From assembly GCF_014654725.1 (NCBI RefSeq), contig NZ_JACVZV010000010.1, positions 10,404 to 74,403 on the forward strand: DNA of 64,000 bases, read 5' to 3'. The translations under genes and the position numbers were made by a program. This document shows, piece by piece, positions 18,691-30,564 of the stretch. Origin of the DNA: Vulcanococcus sp. Clear-D1 (GTDB taxonomy: Bacteria > Cyanobacteriota > Cyanobacteriia > PCC-6307 > Cyanobiaceae). Under the pieces are notes generated by a model that was given only the letters and a program-made list of their open reading frames with translations, was not told the DNA's origin and did not search any database. Position 1 is the first letter of the stretch; each line of letters opens with the position of its first letter.

Positions 18691-20871
18691 CTAGCTCTTG
18701 CTCTCCTTTAAAAGTATCCAATAATTAAACAAACGGTCAACACCTCCTCGCGCAACCTCGCGGGTCAACCAGCCATTGATGTAACGGCGAAGAGAGGAAT
18801 CAGCACCTCCAACTAAAACAACTAATTCCGATGTTAAATCCCTGCCAAATGGTGTAATCAGGGTGGTGCGTGGATACATCACGGCCCAGGCCGCTCCCGA
18901 TTCAGCCGATGTCAGCAAGCCATCAAATCGACGTTGACCTTCTGGCGAGAAGAAGTCTTCCTTACTCGAATTCGGCACCAGTGACACCTGCACAGGCCTG
19001 GACGGTCCCCCCAAATAGCGACCTAATTCCTGTTCAAGACCGCTGCTAATGATATCGGGGTCACGCACAGCAAGCACAACAGGCCGTTGCAGCTGCACAG
19101 CTTGGCCGTTCTGGAGCAACTTCACCTTCTCGTCTGGCACCACCAGTGCCAAATGCACCGGTAAATACCCACGGCTGAGCTCAAAGCGAATGGCACGTTG
19201 CGGGCTTGATTGAATACCCCCAGCCACAAGGTCGAGCCGCCCTTGCTTCAGCCATAACTCCAGTGTGCTGATGGGTGCCTGCAGCACCTCAAGCTTCACG
19301 CCCAGATCACGGGCGAGCATGCCCATTAAATCCATGTCAAAACCCACCAAACGTCCCTGTCGGTTGCGGTAAGCCCAAGGCAAGCCATCACTACGAATCC
19401 CAACCCGCAGTACTCGACGCTGCTTGATCGCTTCAAGGCTGACAGTCTCGATCGGTTGCTGTCCCGTGAGCTCAACCGGCGCACCGCCGCTGAGAGTGGT
19501 CGTCAGCGCCAGCAGACGCTGATCATTGCGATAAGTATCCCTCAGCGCAGCATTCAGAATCATGCGATTGGCAGAGCCAAGGCCAGCACACAGTCCAACC
19601 AAGGCAACCAATCCACACAGAAGCCGCTTGAAACGGGGTGCCCAGGCCCCAACACCTGAGGCATACACCAGTACAGCCAGAACCACCAGGCCTTCCAGGG
19701 AGAGCACTTTCTCAAAGCGATAAAGCCACTCACCATTGATATACACCAACTGCAAGAGGTCGATCGGCAACCCCAATTGCAGCAACTCCTGACGAACAAC
19801 GGCTTTAATCCCAGACACGGAGGCTGGAATCGCCCGCAACAACATGCTCACCGTTGAGGCCGGCTCCAATGGTTGATCCACATACCAAGCCGCAAAGGGA
19901 ATAAAGATCAGACTGGCCACCTGGCCCAACGTTGGCAAGGAATATCCCAAGGACACCAACGGCGCCAGCTCCTCACCCATGGCAACAGCAAGCCCGGCAT
20001 CGGCGCGAGTTGCTTTTGGCAGAATCTCCTGAAGATTCGTCACCAACATGGGCAACGCAATCAGGAGATTAGCGCTACTGGCTGTTAAGGCCAAAGGCCC
20101 GCTGATCACACGCCAGAGCTGGGCTGGCGTCACCGGCGTCAAGGCCGTGACAGCCAGAAGAGCAGACAACGTGAGCAGAACAAAGGCAATCAAGCTAAGG
20201 CTCAGATACCCCTGCATGCGAATCAGATCATCAACGTCGAGGCTGGCGACATTGCGAGCGATCAACGCAAAGATCCCATAGGGGATCATCAAGACAACTA
20301 GCTTGTTCAAGCGCTTGAATAACGCCCTTATGACGGACAACGGCTTGAGAAGCTCATCTCGTTCAGGAACACCCTGAAGCAAGACGCCTAACAAGCTACT
20401 AAACAGAACAACGGCCGGAAAGTTATCCGCAGCGAGTGCTCCAAAGATATTCTCGGGTACATAGATTTTCAACAAGTCCGCCGATGCCGGCTTCTCAAAA
20501 AGACCGGCATGGAAAAACTCCGATGTCACCAACTGCGGCAGGAACAGTGGCAACACAACCACCAAGACCCCAGCCGCCAGCCACAGGCCCAGCAAAACCA
20601 AGCCACCACGCCGAGCGAGCAAAGGCAGTGTTCCGACCTGAAGTCGGCCGAAACCAACAATTAGCTCACAGATCAAGAAAGGCATCACAACAATCTGTGA
20701 TGCCTGCAAAAACACCGTACCCACAGGCGTGAGCCAACCCGTCTGCGAAGGAGCCAATAGGCCAAACGCCGTACCAGCCAGCAGCATCAACAGACACTGA
20801 TTACCAATCTGCTTCGGCCATAAAGCCAGAAGACGCGTCCATACGGGCTGAGCCGGTTGCTCGTTCAACAC
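18691..20871 (-). CDS. fusion protein with an N-terminal dicarboxylate/amino-acid:cation symporter (DAACS/SDF) domain and a C-terminal periplasmic solute-binding (SBP_bac_3-type) domain
   Basis: The N-terminal 430 aa or so are polytopic, with 'LQASQIVVMPFLICELIVG' and 'ALTASSANLLIALPMLV' like SDF signature regions. The C-terminus 'VLRVGIRSDGLPWAYRNRQGRLVGFDMDLMGMLARDLGVKLEVLQAPISTLELWLKQGRLDLVAGG' is typical of polar-amino-acid binding proteins. The start is the GTG at 20869-20871. Confidence 0.7.
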   Translation of the reverse strand: MLNEQPAQPVWTRLLALWPKQIGNQCLLMLLAGTAFGLLAPSQTGWLTPVGTVFLQASQIVVMPFLICELIVGFGRLQVGTLPLLARRGGLVLLGLWLAAGVLVVVLPLFLPQLVTSEFFHAGLFEKPASADLLKIYVPENIFGALAADNFPAVVLFSSLLGVLLQGVPERDELLKPLSVIRALFKRLNKLVVLMIPYGIFALIARNVASLDVDDLIRMQGYLSLSLIAFVLLTLSALLAVTALTPVTPAQLWRVISGPLALTASSANLLIALPMLVTNLQEILPKATRADAGLAVAMGEELAPLVSLGYSLPTLGQVASLIFIPFAAWYVDQPLEPASTVSMLLRAIPASVSGIKAVVRQELLQLGLPIDLLQLVYINGEWLYRFEKVLSLEGLVVLAVLVYASGVGAWAPRFKRLLCGLVALVGLCAGLGSANRMILNAALRDTYRNDQRLLALTTTLSGGAPVELTGQQPIETVSLEAIKQRRVLRVGIRSDGLPWAYRNRQGRLVGFDMDLMGMLARDLGVKLEVLQAPISTLELWLKQGRLDLVAGGIQSSPQRAIRFELSRGYLPVHLALVVPDEKVKLLQNGQAVQLQRPVVLAVRDPDIISSGLEQELGRYLGGPSRPVQVSLVPNSSKEDFFSPEGQRRFDGLLTSAESGAAWAVMYPRTTLITPFGRDLTSELVVLVGGADSSLRRYINGWLTREVARGGVDRLFNYWILLKESKS

Positions 20872-20913
20872 CTTCGGAAAATCTCACCGAAGGCCATGAT
20901 GCCTGCCCCGCTC

Positions 20914-20940
20914 AAAAAAAACCGGGGCAGAGCGCCCCGG
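20914..20940 (-). terminator. rho-independent terminator directly downstream of rplA
   Basis: The minus strand reads CCGGGGC-GCTCT-GCCCCGG followed by TTTTTTTT. It lies about 50 nt after the rplA stop. Confidence 0.8.
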
Positions 20941-20988
20941 CTACGCATTCTCAATGGAATGCGATCACAGCTACGGCAAAACGGCCGA

Positions 20989-21696
20989 TCAGGCTTCCTG
21001 CTTGATGTCCTGCAGAGCAGACACATCCACTTCCACCGAGGGGCCCATGGTGGAGGTGATGTAGAGGCTCTTCCAGTAGCGACCCTTCGCACCGCTGGGC
21101 TTGTTGCGGTCGATGGTCTCTTGGAGGGCCTTGAGGTTGTCGAGCAGCTTGGCGGCGTCGAAGCTGGCCTTACCGAAACGCACGTGCACGATGCCGGTGC
21201 GGTCGGCACGGAACTCGAGTTTGCCGGCCTTGAACTCGTTGATGGCGGAGGCCAAGTCGGTGGTGACGGTGCCGGCCTTGGGGTTCGGCATCAGACCACG
21301 GGGACCGAGCACCCGGCCCAGCTTGGCCACCTTGGGCATCATGTCCGGGGTGGCGATCAGCAGATCGAACTCCATCTCGCCCTTGGCGATGGTTTCAACC
21401 AGATCGTCGTCACCAGCCAGATCGGCGCCTGCGGCCTTGGCCTCGGCCACCTTTTCACCACGGGCGATCACGGCAATGCGGATGCTCTGGCCGGTGCCGT
21501 GGGGCAGCGCCACGGTGGTGCGCAGCTGCTGGTCGGTGTACTTGGGATCGATGCCGAGGCGGGCGTGGGCCTCAACGGTCTCGTCGAACTTGGCGGTGGC
21601 GTTGGCCTTCACCAGTTCCACCGCCTCCAGCGGGGAGTAGGTGCGGGTCTCAACCTTGCCAAAGGCGGCGGAATAACGCTTGGAAACTTTGGGCAT
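20989..21696 (-). CDS. rplA: 50S ribosomal protein L1
   Basis: '[54 protein letters not shown]' is full length at 235 aa. Confidence 0.97.
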   Translation of the reverse strand: MPKVSKRYSAAFGKVETRTYSPLEAVELVKANATAKFDETVEAHARLGIDPKYTDQQLRTTVALPHGTGQSIRIAVIARGEKVAEAKAAGADLAGDDDLVETIAKGEMEFDLLIATPDMMPKVAKLGRVLGPRGLMPNPKAGTVTTDLASAINEFKAGKLEFRADRTGIVHVRFGKASFDAAKLLDNLKALQETIDRNKPSGAKGRYWKSLYITSTMGPSVEVDVSALQDIKQEA

Positions 21697-21789
21697 GTCA
21701 GGCGTGGGGTGCAGGCGAGCCCAAGGGCTCTCCCCCGATAAGGGACAAGAAATGGAGTGGGATCAGGGTTGGGCAAGTGCCCGCTGATC

Positions 21790-22215
21790 TCAGTCCTTCA
21801 CGGCGACGCCCATGTTGCGGGCAGTGCCTTCGATGATGCGCATGGCCGAATCAACGCTGGTGCAGTTGAGGTCGGGCAGCTTGGTCTTGGCGATCTCCTC
21901 GAGCTGTGCGCGGCTGATGGCGCCCACGGAACCCTTGGAGGAGGTGGCAGCACCCTTCTCGATCCCGGCTGCCTTGGAGATCAGCACGGAAGCGGGAGGG
22001 GTCTTGGTGATGAAGGTGAAACTGCGGTCTTCAAAAACCGAAATTTCAACCGGGATCACATAGCCAGCCTTGTCCTGCGTCCGAGCGTTGTACTCCTTGC
22101 AGAACGCCATGATGTTGACGCCGTGCTGACCGAGGGCAGGGCCCACCGGCGGCGCGGGGTTGGCTTTGCCGGCCTGGAGGGCCAGCTTGATCACAGCTAC
22201 AACTTTTTTTGCCAT
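21790..22215 (-). CDS. rplK: 50S ribosomal protein L11
   Basis: '[44 protein letters not shown]' identifies it. The start is set at the ATG at 22213-22215. The longer ORF to 22389 is an upstream read-through. Confidence 0.97.
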   Translation of the reverse strand: MAKKVVAVIKLALQAGKANPAPPVGPALGQHGVNIMAFCKEYNARTQDKAGYVIPVEISVFEDRSFTFITKTPPASVLISKAAGIEKGAATSSKGSVGAISRAQLEEIAKTKLPDLNCTSVDSAMRIIEGTARNMGVAVKD

Positions 22216-22333
22216 CGTCCTGGCGGCTTGAGCAATCTGCGGATCCGCGACCCTAGGGCAGCGGGTGCGGCGGATCCCGGAAACCGGAACACCGCCTGTG
22301 GCCGCCCTCCGCAGGGAGACGGCCGCACCGGCA

Positions 22334-23020
22334 TCAGCTCTGTTTGCTGATCTGGGAGAACTCGAGTTCCACCGGGGTTTCCCGGCCAAAGATCGAGAGC
22401 AGGGCCTTGAGCTTGTTGCGCTCGCCCGACACTTCGATCACCTCGCCCTGGAAGTCCTTGAACGGACCAGCCGTCACGAGGATCTGATCGCCCTCGGTGA
22501 GGTCGACCTTCACCACAGGCTTCTTCTCGGCGGCACGCTTGAAGATGCGATCCACCTCCGAGCGGCTCAGGGGGCGGGGCTTGATGTGCCCGCGGGCTTT
22601 GCCGGTGGCGCGGCGATCTTCAGCGCCCACGAAGTTGATCACGTTCGGGGTGCTGCGCACCGCCATCATCGTGTCCTCATCCAACACCATCCGCACGAGC
22701 ACGTAGCCGGGAAACACCTTCTCTTCGGTGCTGGTGCGGCTGCCGTCTTTCTTGAGCTTCACCGCCGGGGTCTGGGGGATCTCGATTTCAAGGATGCGGT
22801 TGTCCACGCCCAGGGTCACGGCCCGCTGCTCGAGCGTGGCCTTCACCTTCTTTTCGCAGCTTGAGGCCACCTGCACGGCATACCAGCGGGCGATCGGCGC
22901 ACGGCCTTCGGCGGCGGGCACGCTGAGGATTTCCGGACCTTCAGCCGCTTCGGCACCAGCCAGGCCTTCAGCGCCCAGCTCTTCAGGGCTCAGATCAACG
23001 TCGGACACGGGCAACGGCAA
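22334..23020 (-). CDS. nusG: transcription termination/antitermination factor NusG
   Basis: The NGN motif '[22 protein letters not shown]' and the KOW motif '[21 protein letters not shown]' are both present. There is an acidic N-terminal extension. Confidence 0.95.
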   Translation of the reverse strand: MPLPVSDVDLSPEELGAEGLAGAEAAEGPEILSVPAAEGRAPIARWYAVQVASSCEKKVKATLEQRAVTLGVDNRILEIEIPQTPAVKLKKDGSRTSTEEKVFPGYVLVRMVLDEDTMMAVRSTPNVINFVGAEDRRATGKARGHIKPRPLSRSEVDRIFKRAAEKKPVVKVDLTEGDQILVTAGPFKDFQGEVIEVSGERNKLKALLSIFGRETPVELEFSQISKQS

Positions 23021-23035
23021 AAGGGGAACGAGAAA

Positions 23036-23281
23036 TCAGCGGAACACCTGGGCATTCACCCAGCTGTAGAAGCGATCAATGGCGGCGATGGCGAAGGCCG
23101 AGAGGGTCACCATCAGAATCACGGCCACCGATTCGGCAAACAGCTGCTGGCGGCTGGGCCACACCACCTTGCGCAGCTCGGCCACGGTGCTGCCTACGAA
23201 ACCGGAGGCGGCAGGTGGGTTCTCCGCGGCGGGCGGAATGGCGGGCTGATCGGGTTGTGGCTCAGTCGGGGTTTCCACCAC
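23036..23281 (-). CDS. secE: preprotein translocase subunit SecE
   Basis: 'FVGSTVAELRKVVWPSRQQLFAESVAVILMVTLSAFAIAAIDRFYSWV' is a single C-terminal TM helix. The gene sits directly upstream of nusG. Confidence 0.9.
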   Translation of the reverse strand: MVETPTEPQPDQPAIPPAAENPPAASGFVGSTVAELRKVVWPSRQQLFAESVAVILMVTLSAFAIAAIDRFYSWVNAQVFR

Positions 23282-23350
23282 AGGGTCCAGAAGGTGTTCG
23301 CAGAGCGAGGGCGCGCGCTGTTGCGCAAACAGCCACCCTACCGGACGTGA

Positions 23351-26095
23351 TCAAGCCGTCCCGCCGATGGGGGTAAAGCGCAGCTCTCCTTCCGCCTCCA
23401 GCAGGCTCACTTGCACGGCAGCCGCCCCGAGGAAGCGCTCCTCGAGCAGCTCCGTGGCCAGGGGGTTTTCGATGCGGCGGCGCAACAAGCGGCGCAGGGG
23501 CCGTGCTCCGTATTCCGGCTCGTAGCCCTGTTGGGCCAGCCAAGGCACCACCGGTGCATCCACCTGCAGCTCCAGCCCCTGCTCCCGTAGCAGCGCCGCC
23601 AACTCGGCCAGCTGCAGGTGCACGATGCGCTGCAGCTGCTCGGGGCCGAGGGGCTGGAAGCGGATTACCTCATCAATGCGGTTGAGGAATTCCGGGCGGA
23701 ACTGGCTGGCCAGGGCCTGCTCCACCTGCTGCTCCAGCTGGGCCGGATCACCACCGCTCCGGGCGTTGTCGAGGATGGCGCGACTGGCCAGGTTGCTGGT
23801 CATCACCACCACGGTGTGGCGGAAATCCACCGTCCGGCCTTGGGAATCGGTGAGGCGCCCGTCGTCGAGCACCTGCAGCAGCACGTTGAACACATCCGGG
23901 TGGGCCTTCTCCACCTCATCGAGCAGCAGCACCGCGTAGGGCCCGCGCCGCACCGCCTCGGTGAGTTGGCCGCCCTCCTCATAGCCCACATAACCCGGAG
24001 GGGCACCAAGCAACCGCGCTACGGCGTTGCGCTCCATGAACTCGCTCATGTCGAGCCGCACCAGCGCCTCCTCCTCATCGAACAGCGCAGCTGCCAGGGC
24101 CTTGGCCAGCTCCGTTTTGCCCACGCCGGTGGGCCCAAGGAACAGAAACGAGCCCACGGGCCGGCGCGGATCCTTCATACCGGCCCGGGCCCGGCGGATC
24201 GCCGCGGCCACCGCCGCCACCGGCTCCCGCTGGCCGATCACCCGCTCTCCCAGCCGCTGCTCAAGCTCCAACAGCTTCTGACGTTCACCTGCCATCAGCC
24301 GCTGGACGGGGATCCCCGTCCAGCGGGCCACCACATCGGCGATATCGCCCTCCTCCACCTGCTCACGCAGGAGCGATTGGCCGGCTCGCTGCTGCTCCTG
24401 CAACTGCGCCTCCAGCTCACTGCGGCGCTGCTGCACCCCGTGCAGCTGGTCGTACTGCAGGCGGGCGGCTTCCTCCAAATCCCCATCGCGCTCGGCTTCG
24501 GCAATCTGCAGCCGCAGGCTCTCGTCGTCGGCCAGCAGCTGCCGGAGCTCGGCCAACTCCTCACGCTCCCCCTGCCAGCGCTGCTGCAGGTCCTGCAGTT
24601 GGGCACTGGCCTGGCGGCGCTGGTCCTGCAGGGCCAGCCGCTCCGCATCCGGGGCACTCTCCGCAGACAAGAGGGCCAGCTCTACCCGCCGCAATTCGCT
24701 TTCCGCCTCTTCCACCAAGCGCGGTTTGGAGGTCACCTCCATGCGCAGCTGGGCGGCGGCCTCATCGATCAGATCGATGGCGGAATCCGGCAGGCAGCGA
24801 TCGGCGATGTAGCGATCGGCCAGCCGCGCCGCCGCCACCACCGCGCCATCGGTGATCGCCACGCCGTGGTGCAGCTCGTAGCGCTCCTTCAGGCCGCGCA
24901 GGATCAGGGTGCTCTCCTCCAGCCCCGGCTCTTTGATCAGCACCTGCTGGAAGCGGCGGTTCAGGGCGGGGTCCTTCTCCACCGTGCGGCTGAAGTCCTC
25001 GGGGGTGGTGGCACCGATGCAGCGCAGATCACCCCGGGCCAGGGCTGGTTTCAGGATGCTGCCCGCATCACTGCTGGAGCGCTCCGGCCCCACCACGTTG
25101 TGGAGCTCGTCGATGAACAGGATCACGCCGGCCCCATCGCCTTCGGCGTCGCGCACCTCCTTGAGCACGCTGCGCAGGCGCTCTTCAAATTGCCCGCGGA
25201 ACTTCGCTCCGGCGATCAGAGCGCCGAGATCGAGGCTGATCAGCCGTTGCCCTTTGAGCGCATCGGGCACCTCCCCAGCCACGATCCGCTGGGCCAACAG
25301 TTCGGCGATCGCAGTTTTGCCCACGCCCGGCTCCCCGATCAGCACCGGGTTGTTTTTGCCGCGGCGGGAGAGCACCTGCATCAAGCGGCGGATCTCGGTG
25401 TCACGGCCGATCACTGGATCGAGCTCGCCCGCACGGGCGGCGGCGGTGAGATCACGGCCGAACTGATCAAGGGCGCTGGGTTCCTGCTCCAGGCGGAGTT
25501 CGGAATCCGAAGCGTCCGCCGCAGGCGGCCGGGGTGCAGCGGCAGAGGCGGCGGTGCCGGAGGCGGCTGGAGCGCCCCGATCAATCCAGCTGTCGCTGGG
25601 CTGGGCGACCCGCGGCGCGGGAGGCGACGGCCGTTCCGAGCGTTGCTGGCGGCGCAACAGGTCTTCGCTGAGGCCCTGATCCGCCAAAAGCCGCCGGCCG
25701 AGGCGGGGTTCATCCAGCAGTGCCAGCAGGATCTGGGGGATGTCGATCAGGGGCGCACCGGCGGCCTGGCGGCACCGATCAGCACTATCGAGCAACTCCT
25801 CGAGGGCCTCACCGATGTAAAGCTCTCGGCCCGAGCTGGTGGGCTGCTCCGCGCAGACATCGTCGAGCTGATCGAGCAGCGCCTCCGGATCCAGAGGCAG
25901 CGGATCCATCCAGCTGGCGTAGCGCGCGTCGCTGAACAGCACCTGCAACAGATGCTCCACATCCATGTCGCCGTGGCGCCAGCGGCGGGCCTGCTCCTGG
26001 CTGGCGAGCAGCAGATCCCAGGCGGCATCACTGAAGCGATCCGGCTCCGTGGTGAGGCTGGCGCCGGCGGCGGGATTGGCGAAATCAGGCCGCAT
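23351..26095 (-). CDS. clpB: ATP-dependent chaperone ClpB (two AAA+ modules plus a coiled-coil middle domain)
   Basis: There are two Walker A motifs, '[12 protein letters not shown]' and '[12 protein letters not shown]'. A long M-domain coiled coil separates them. The Clp_N-like N-terminus is '[21 protein letters not shown]'. Confidence 0.93.
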   Translation of the reverse strand: MRPDFANPAAGASLTTEPDRFSDAAWDLLLASQEQARRWRHGDMDVEHLLQVLFSDARYASWMDPLPLDPEALLDQLDDVCAEQPTSSGRELYIGEALEELLDSADRCRQAAGAPLIDIPQILLALLDEPRLGRRLLADQGLSEDLLRRQQRSERPSPPAPRVAQPSDSWIDRGAPAASGTAASAAAPRPPAADASDSELRLEQEPSALDQFGRDLTAAARAGELDPVIGRDTEIRRLMQVLSRRGKNNPVLIGEPGVGKTAIAELLAQRIVAGEVPDALKGQRLISLDLGALIAGAKFRGQFEERLRSVLKEVRDAEGDGAGVILFIDELHNVVGPERSSSDAGSILKPALARGDLRCIGATTPEDFSRTVEKDPALNRRFQQVLIKEPGLEESTLILRGLKERYELHHGVAITDGAVVAAARLADRYIADRCLPDSAIDLIDEAAAQLRMEVTSKPRLVEEAESELRRVELALLSAESAPDAERLALQDQRRQASAQLQDLQQRWQGEREELAELRQLLADDESLRLQIAEAERDGDLEEAARLQYDQLHGVQQRRSELEAQLQEQQRAGQSLLREQVEEGDIADVVARWTGIPVQRLMAGERQKLLELEQRLGERVIGQREPVAAVAAAIRRARAGMKDPRRPVGSFLFLGPTGVGKTELAKALAAALFDEEEALVRLDMSEFMERNAVARLLGAPPGYVGYEEGGQLTEAVRRGPYAVLLLDEVEKAHPDVFNVLLQVLDDGRLTDSQGRTVDFRHTVVVMTSNLASRAILDNARSGGDPAQLEQQVEQALASQFRPEFLNRIDEVIRFQPLGPEQLQRIVHLQLAELAALLREQGLELQVDAPVVPWLAQQGYEPEYGARPLRRLLRRRIENPLATELLEERFLGAAAVQVSLLEAEGELRFTPIGGTA

Positions 26096-26486
26096 GGGCG
26101 CGGGAGCTCAGCTCGATCAGTTCCACCTTGTAGCCGTCGGGGTCTTCCACAAACGCAATCACCGTGCTGCCGTTCTTCATCGGGCCCGGCTCGCGCACCA
26201 CCCGGCCGCCCTTGGCGCGGATCTGATCACACACGCCAACGATGTCGTCCACGCCGAGGGCGATGTGGCCATAGCCCGTGCCGATGTCGTAGCTGGTGGT
26301 GTCCCAGTTGTGGGTGAGCTCGAGCACGGTGGTGTCGCTCTCCTCGCCATAGCCCACAAAGGCCAGGGTGAAGCGGCCGCCGGGATAGTCCTTACGGCGC
26401 AGCAGGCGCATGCCGAGCACCTCTGTATAGAAGGTGATCGAGCGCTCCAGGTCGCCGACCCGCAGCATCGTGTGGAGCAAGCGCAT
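26085..26486 (-). CDS. gloA: lactoylglutathione lyase (glyoxalase I)
   Basis: '[63 protein letters not shown]' identifies it. The start is chosen at the internal ATG at 26484-26486. Confidence 0.92.
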   Translation of the reverse strand: MRLLHTMLRVGDLERSITFYTEVLGMRLLRRKDYPGGRFTLAFVGYGEESDTTVLELTHNWDTTSYDIGTGYGHIALGVDDIVGVCDQIRAKGGRVVREPGPMKNGSTVIAFVEDPDGYKVELIELSSRAHAA

Positions 26487-26606
26487 GGAAGCCGCATCAG
26501 CCAGGCGCATTCTGACCAGAGCTCACCATTCGGTGCCAACGGGCACAAGAGGGGCGGCAGGGGCGACCCATAGGATCCCCACCAAGGACCACTGAGACAC
26601 ACCTAG

Positions 26607-27905
<1,299 letters not shown>

Positions 27906-27930
27906 TCGGCCACGGGGCAACTAAGCCTGC

Positions 27931-29598
27931 TCAGGATTGCCCCAACTTGTCGATGCGGCCATCGCGCCGCAACCGGGCCTGAAGCTTCAACCAGCTCAGG
28001 CCCACCGGCGCTGAAAGCACGATCGGCACGGCCGTGAGCGCCGGCCGCGTGCTGGCCGCCAACAACGCAGCCGACACCAACAGAGCACCCAGCAACATCG
28101 CCTGACCCGCACTTTGTTGGCTCAAGGCCACCCGTCGCAGCAGACGATCGGTTTCACCGGCGCGGATCTGCACCTGAAGGTCGCCCTGCTCGATCCGCGA
28201 GAGGCTGTCTTCCAAGCGCTGCGGCAGGCCGAGGGCGCGGCTACCCACCTCCACCGCCTGGCGGCCCAGCTGATTGAAGAGATCGTTGGGACCGTTGCCG
28301 GAGGCGCTCATCAGGGGCAGTAGGTAGGGGCGGGCAATCGCCACGAGGCTAAAGCTGGGATCGAGGCTGCGGCCCACGCCTTCAAAGGTGGAGAGCGCCC
28401 GCATCACAAAGATCAGCTCGGGCGGCAAGCGGAACGGCTGGCCGTAGACCAGCTCATACAGATCACCCGAGAGCTTCTCGATCACATTGACGGAGAAGGG
28501 AGGCGTGAGCGCTTCGGTGAGCATCACCCGCACGAGGCGGCGCACCGGCCCTGGATCAATGTCCGCCGCGATCACACCGGCAGCTTGCAGTTCGCTCACC
28601 AGGCCGCCGGCATCGCGAGCCGCAGCGGCCGTGACCATGCGGCCCAGGCGACTGCGCAGCCGCTGCGAGAGGCTGCCCACCATGCCGAAGTCGTAGTAGA
28701 TCAGCGCGCCATCGCGGGCCACGGCCAGGTTGCCCGGGTGGGGATCGGCATGAAAGAAGCCGAAGCGCACGAGCTGCTGCAGGTAGCTGGCCGCTCCCTT
28801 TTCGGCCACCGCAGCCGGATCGATCCCGGCCTCGAGGATCGCCTCGCGATCGGTGATCTTGATCCCGGGCACGTAATCAAGGCAAAGCACACGGCGGGTG
28901 GTGAGCTCCCACACCACGGCCGGGATGCGAATGCCTGGATCATCCAGAAATTGCTGGCGGAAACGGGCCGCATGCTCGGCCTCCAGGCGGAAATCGAGCT
29001 CCCGCAACAACACGCGCCGGCACTCCTGGGCGATCGACACCCAATCGCGCCCAACCCCCCAGCTGGGATGGCGCTGCAACACCGCAGCCACCTGCTGCAT
29101 CACCTCGAGGTCGAGCCGGAACAGCCGCTCCAACCCCGGCCGTTGAATCTTCAGAACCACCTGGCGACCGCTGCGCAGGCTGGCGCGGTGCACCTGAGCC
29201 AGGCTGGCTGCCCCGAGCGGATCAGGATCGAGATCAATGATTTCGGCGCAGCGCTCACCCAGCTCCTGCTCCAACAGCGCCTGGGCCGTTTGGAACGAGA
29301 AGGCCGGAACGCTGTCCTGCAGGCGCGAGAGCTCCTCCACCCAGCTGGCGGGAAGCACATCGGGGCGCGCCGAGAGCAACTGGCCCAGCTTGATGAAGGC
29401 CGAGCCGAGCGTGAGCAACTCGGCGGTGAGCCAGCGGGCGCGGCGTCGCTGCCGCGCTGCGCGGCGCTCTGCGGTAGCCCCACCGGGATAGCTCCAATCG
29501 CGGGCATCGAGCCAGAGCCACAGCAGCAACTGCACAACGGCAGCCCAGATGCGCAGCACCCGCGTGGCGCTACGTACGCCCTGCATCAAGGCAGGCAT
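27931..29598 (-). CDS. ABC1/UbiB-family atypical kinase
   Basis: 'LGSAFIKLGQLLSARPDVLPASWVEELSRLQDSVP', 'AASLAQVHRA' and 'FFHADPHPGNL' are ABC1 signatures. C-terminal TM segments are present. Confidence 0.9.
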   Translation of the reverse strand: MPALMQGVRSATRVLRIWAAVVQLLLWLWLDARDWSYPGGATAERRAARQRRRARWLTAELLTLGSAFIKLGQLLSARPDVLPASWVEELSRLQDSVPAFSFQTAQALLEQELGERCAEIIDLDPDPLGAASLAQVHRASLRSGRQVVLKIQRPGLERLFRLDLEVMQQVAAVLQRHPSWGVGRDWVSIAQECRRVLLRELDFRLEAEHAARFRQQFLDDPGIRIPAVVWELTTRRVLCLDYVPGIKITDREAILEAGIDPAAVAEKGAASYLQQLVRFGFFHADPHPGNLAVARDGALIYYDFGMVGSLSQRLRSRLGRMVTAAAARDAGGLVSELQAAGVIAADIDPGPVRRLVRVMLTEALTPPFSVNVIEKLSGDLYELVYGQPFRLPPELIFVMRALSTFEGVGRSLDPSFSLVAIARPYLLPLMSASGNGPNDLFNQLGRQAVEVGSRALGLPQRLEDSLSRIEQGDLQVQIRAGETDRLLRRVALSQQSAGQAMLLGALLVSAALLAASTRPALTAVPIVLSAPVGLSWLKLQARLRRDGRIDKLGQS

Positions 29599-29906
29599 CA
29601 GGGCCTCTCCTCAAGCCGTCGTGCCACGCGCGCCACCTGAGCACGTAGCTGGTCGATTTGGTGTTGAGGATCCGCGGGCATGGGGTCTGAGGGAGGAGCG
29701 TCCGCAGGAGCCGCAGCCTCACCGCGCTCGAGGCGCTGGGCCTCGAGCTCCACCTCTTCACGGAACAGGTCCCATTCCTGGCGGAACCGTTCCGGCGCAT
29801 CCTGGGCCAACACCGCCAGGCCCGCTGCCGCATCGGCCAGGCCACTGCCCAGACGAGCCGATAGCCGGTTCAGTGCTGCCTGCACAAGGGTCTGGGGTGT
29901 GCTCAT
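29598..29906 (-). CDS. hypothetical protein (102 aa), translationally coupled to the ABC1 kinase gene
   Basis: There is an ATGA start/stop overlap at 29598. Codon third positions are GC-rich like the neighbouring genes. I recognise no family. Confidence 0.55.
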   Translation of the reverse strand: MSTPQTLVQAALNRLSARLGSGLADAAAGLAVLAQDAPERFRQEWDLFREEVELEAQRLERGEAAAPADAPPSDPMPADPQHQIDQLRAQVARVARRLEERP

Positions 29907-29956
29907 GGCGGCCGTCCGGGCCGAGGCCAGGCGTGATCTGCTGAAACTGTGGCAGA

Positions 29957-30394
29957 TCAGAGCTGGGGAGCGGGAGGCGGCGGGGGTGTGGATTGAGGCG
30001 GCGCTGTCGGTTCTGCCGCGGGAGCGACAGGCGCAGCCGGCAGCTCCGGCTCGCGCGGCGGTTCGATCTGATTCGCGCGTTGCAGCTCGGCTTCAGCCTG
30101 CTTGGCCGCTTCAGCGCGCTGCTTGGCCTCCTGCTCCTGTTGACGCTCTAGCTCTTGCAGCTCCCCACGGATTTCGGCCTGGGCATCGCCAAAGCGCAGC
30201 GTCAGGCTCTCCAGGCTGGTGCCGGGGAACACCTGCACATCAAACCCTGGGCCAAAGCGGATCAGCTCGGTGACGTTGAAGCTGAGCAGCCGCTGGGCGA
30301 CGCCATAGGCGAGGCCAAAACACAGCCCAGCGATCAGAGGACCCTTCCAGATCTGCTGGGGGCGAGGCTGGGTTGGCTGCGACACTCTTGCCAT
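29957..30394 (-). CDS. hypothetical membrane protein with a coiled-coil segment and a Pro-rich tail
   Basis: The TM candidate is 'GPLIAGLCFGLAYGVAQRLL'. It is followed by 'ELQELERQQEQEAKQRAEAAKQAEAELQRA' and a 'PPPPPAPQL' tail. Confidence 0.55.
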   Translation of the reverse strand: MARVSQPTQPRPQQIWKGPLIAGLCFGLAYGVAQRLLSFNVTELIRFGPGFDVQVFPGTSLESLTLRFGDAQAEIRGELQELERQQEQEAKQRAEAAKQAEAELQRANQIEPPREPELPAAPVAPAAEPTAPPQSTPPPPPAPQL

Positions 30395-30564
30395 GCGCGG
30401 CCCACATCAAGCCTGCAACTCTAAGCAGCGAAAGCCGCATTGGCCCGGGCGGCGAGCCGCGGGATGAACTAGCCCATGCAGGTTTTGCATCAACGCGGCC
30501 GGTCTGTGTGGGTGCCAAGAACTCAACAGAGCCAGCCGATCTCAAGGCTTAATTTCAGCATCGC

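Noticed and set aside
22216-22333. GCGGATCC-containing repeats between nusG and rplK as the L1-binding autoregulatory leader
   Set aside because: This is plausible by position. However, I cannot reconstruct the conserved L1-binding helix from memory well enough to call it.
23618-26317. An 899-aa ORF on the plus strand
   Set aside because: It lies entirely antisense to clpB and gloA. The product is Arg/Gly/Ala/Pro/Leu-rich with no recognisable motifs. This is the typical shadow ORF of high-GC DNA, where stop codons are rare in the antisense frame.
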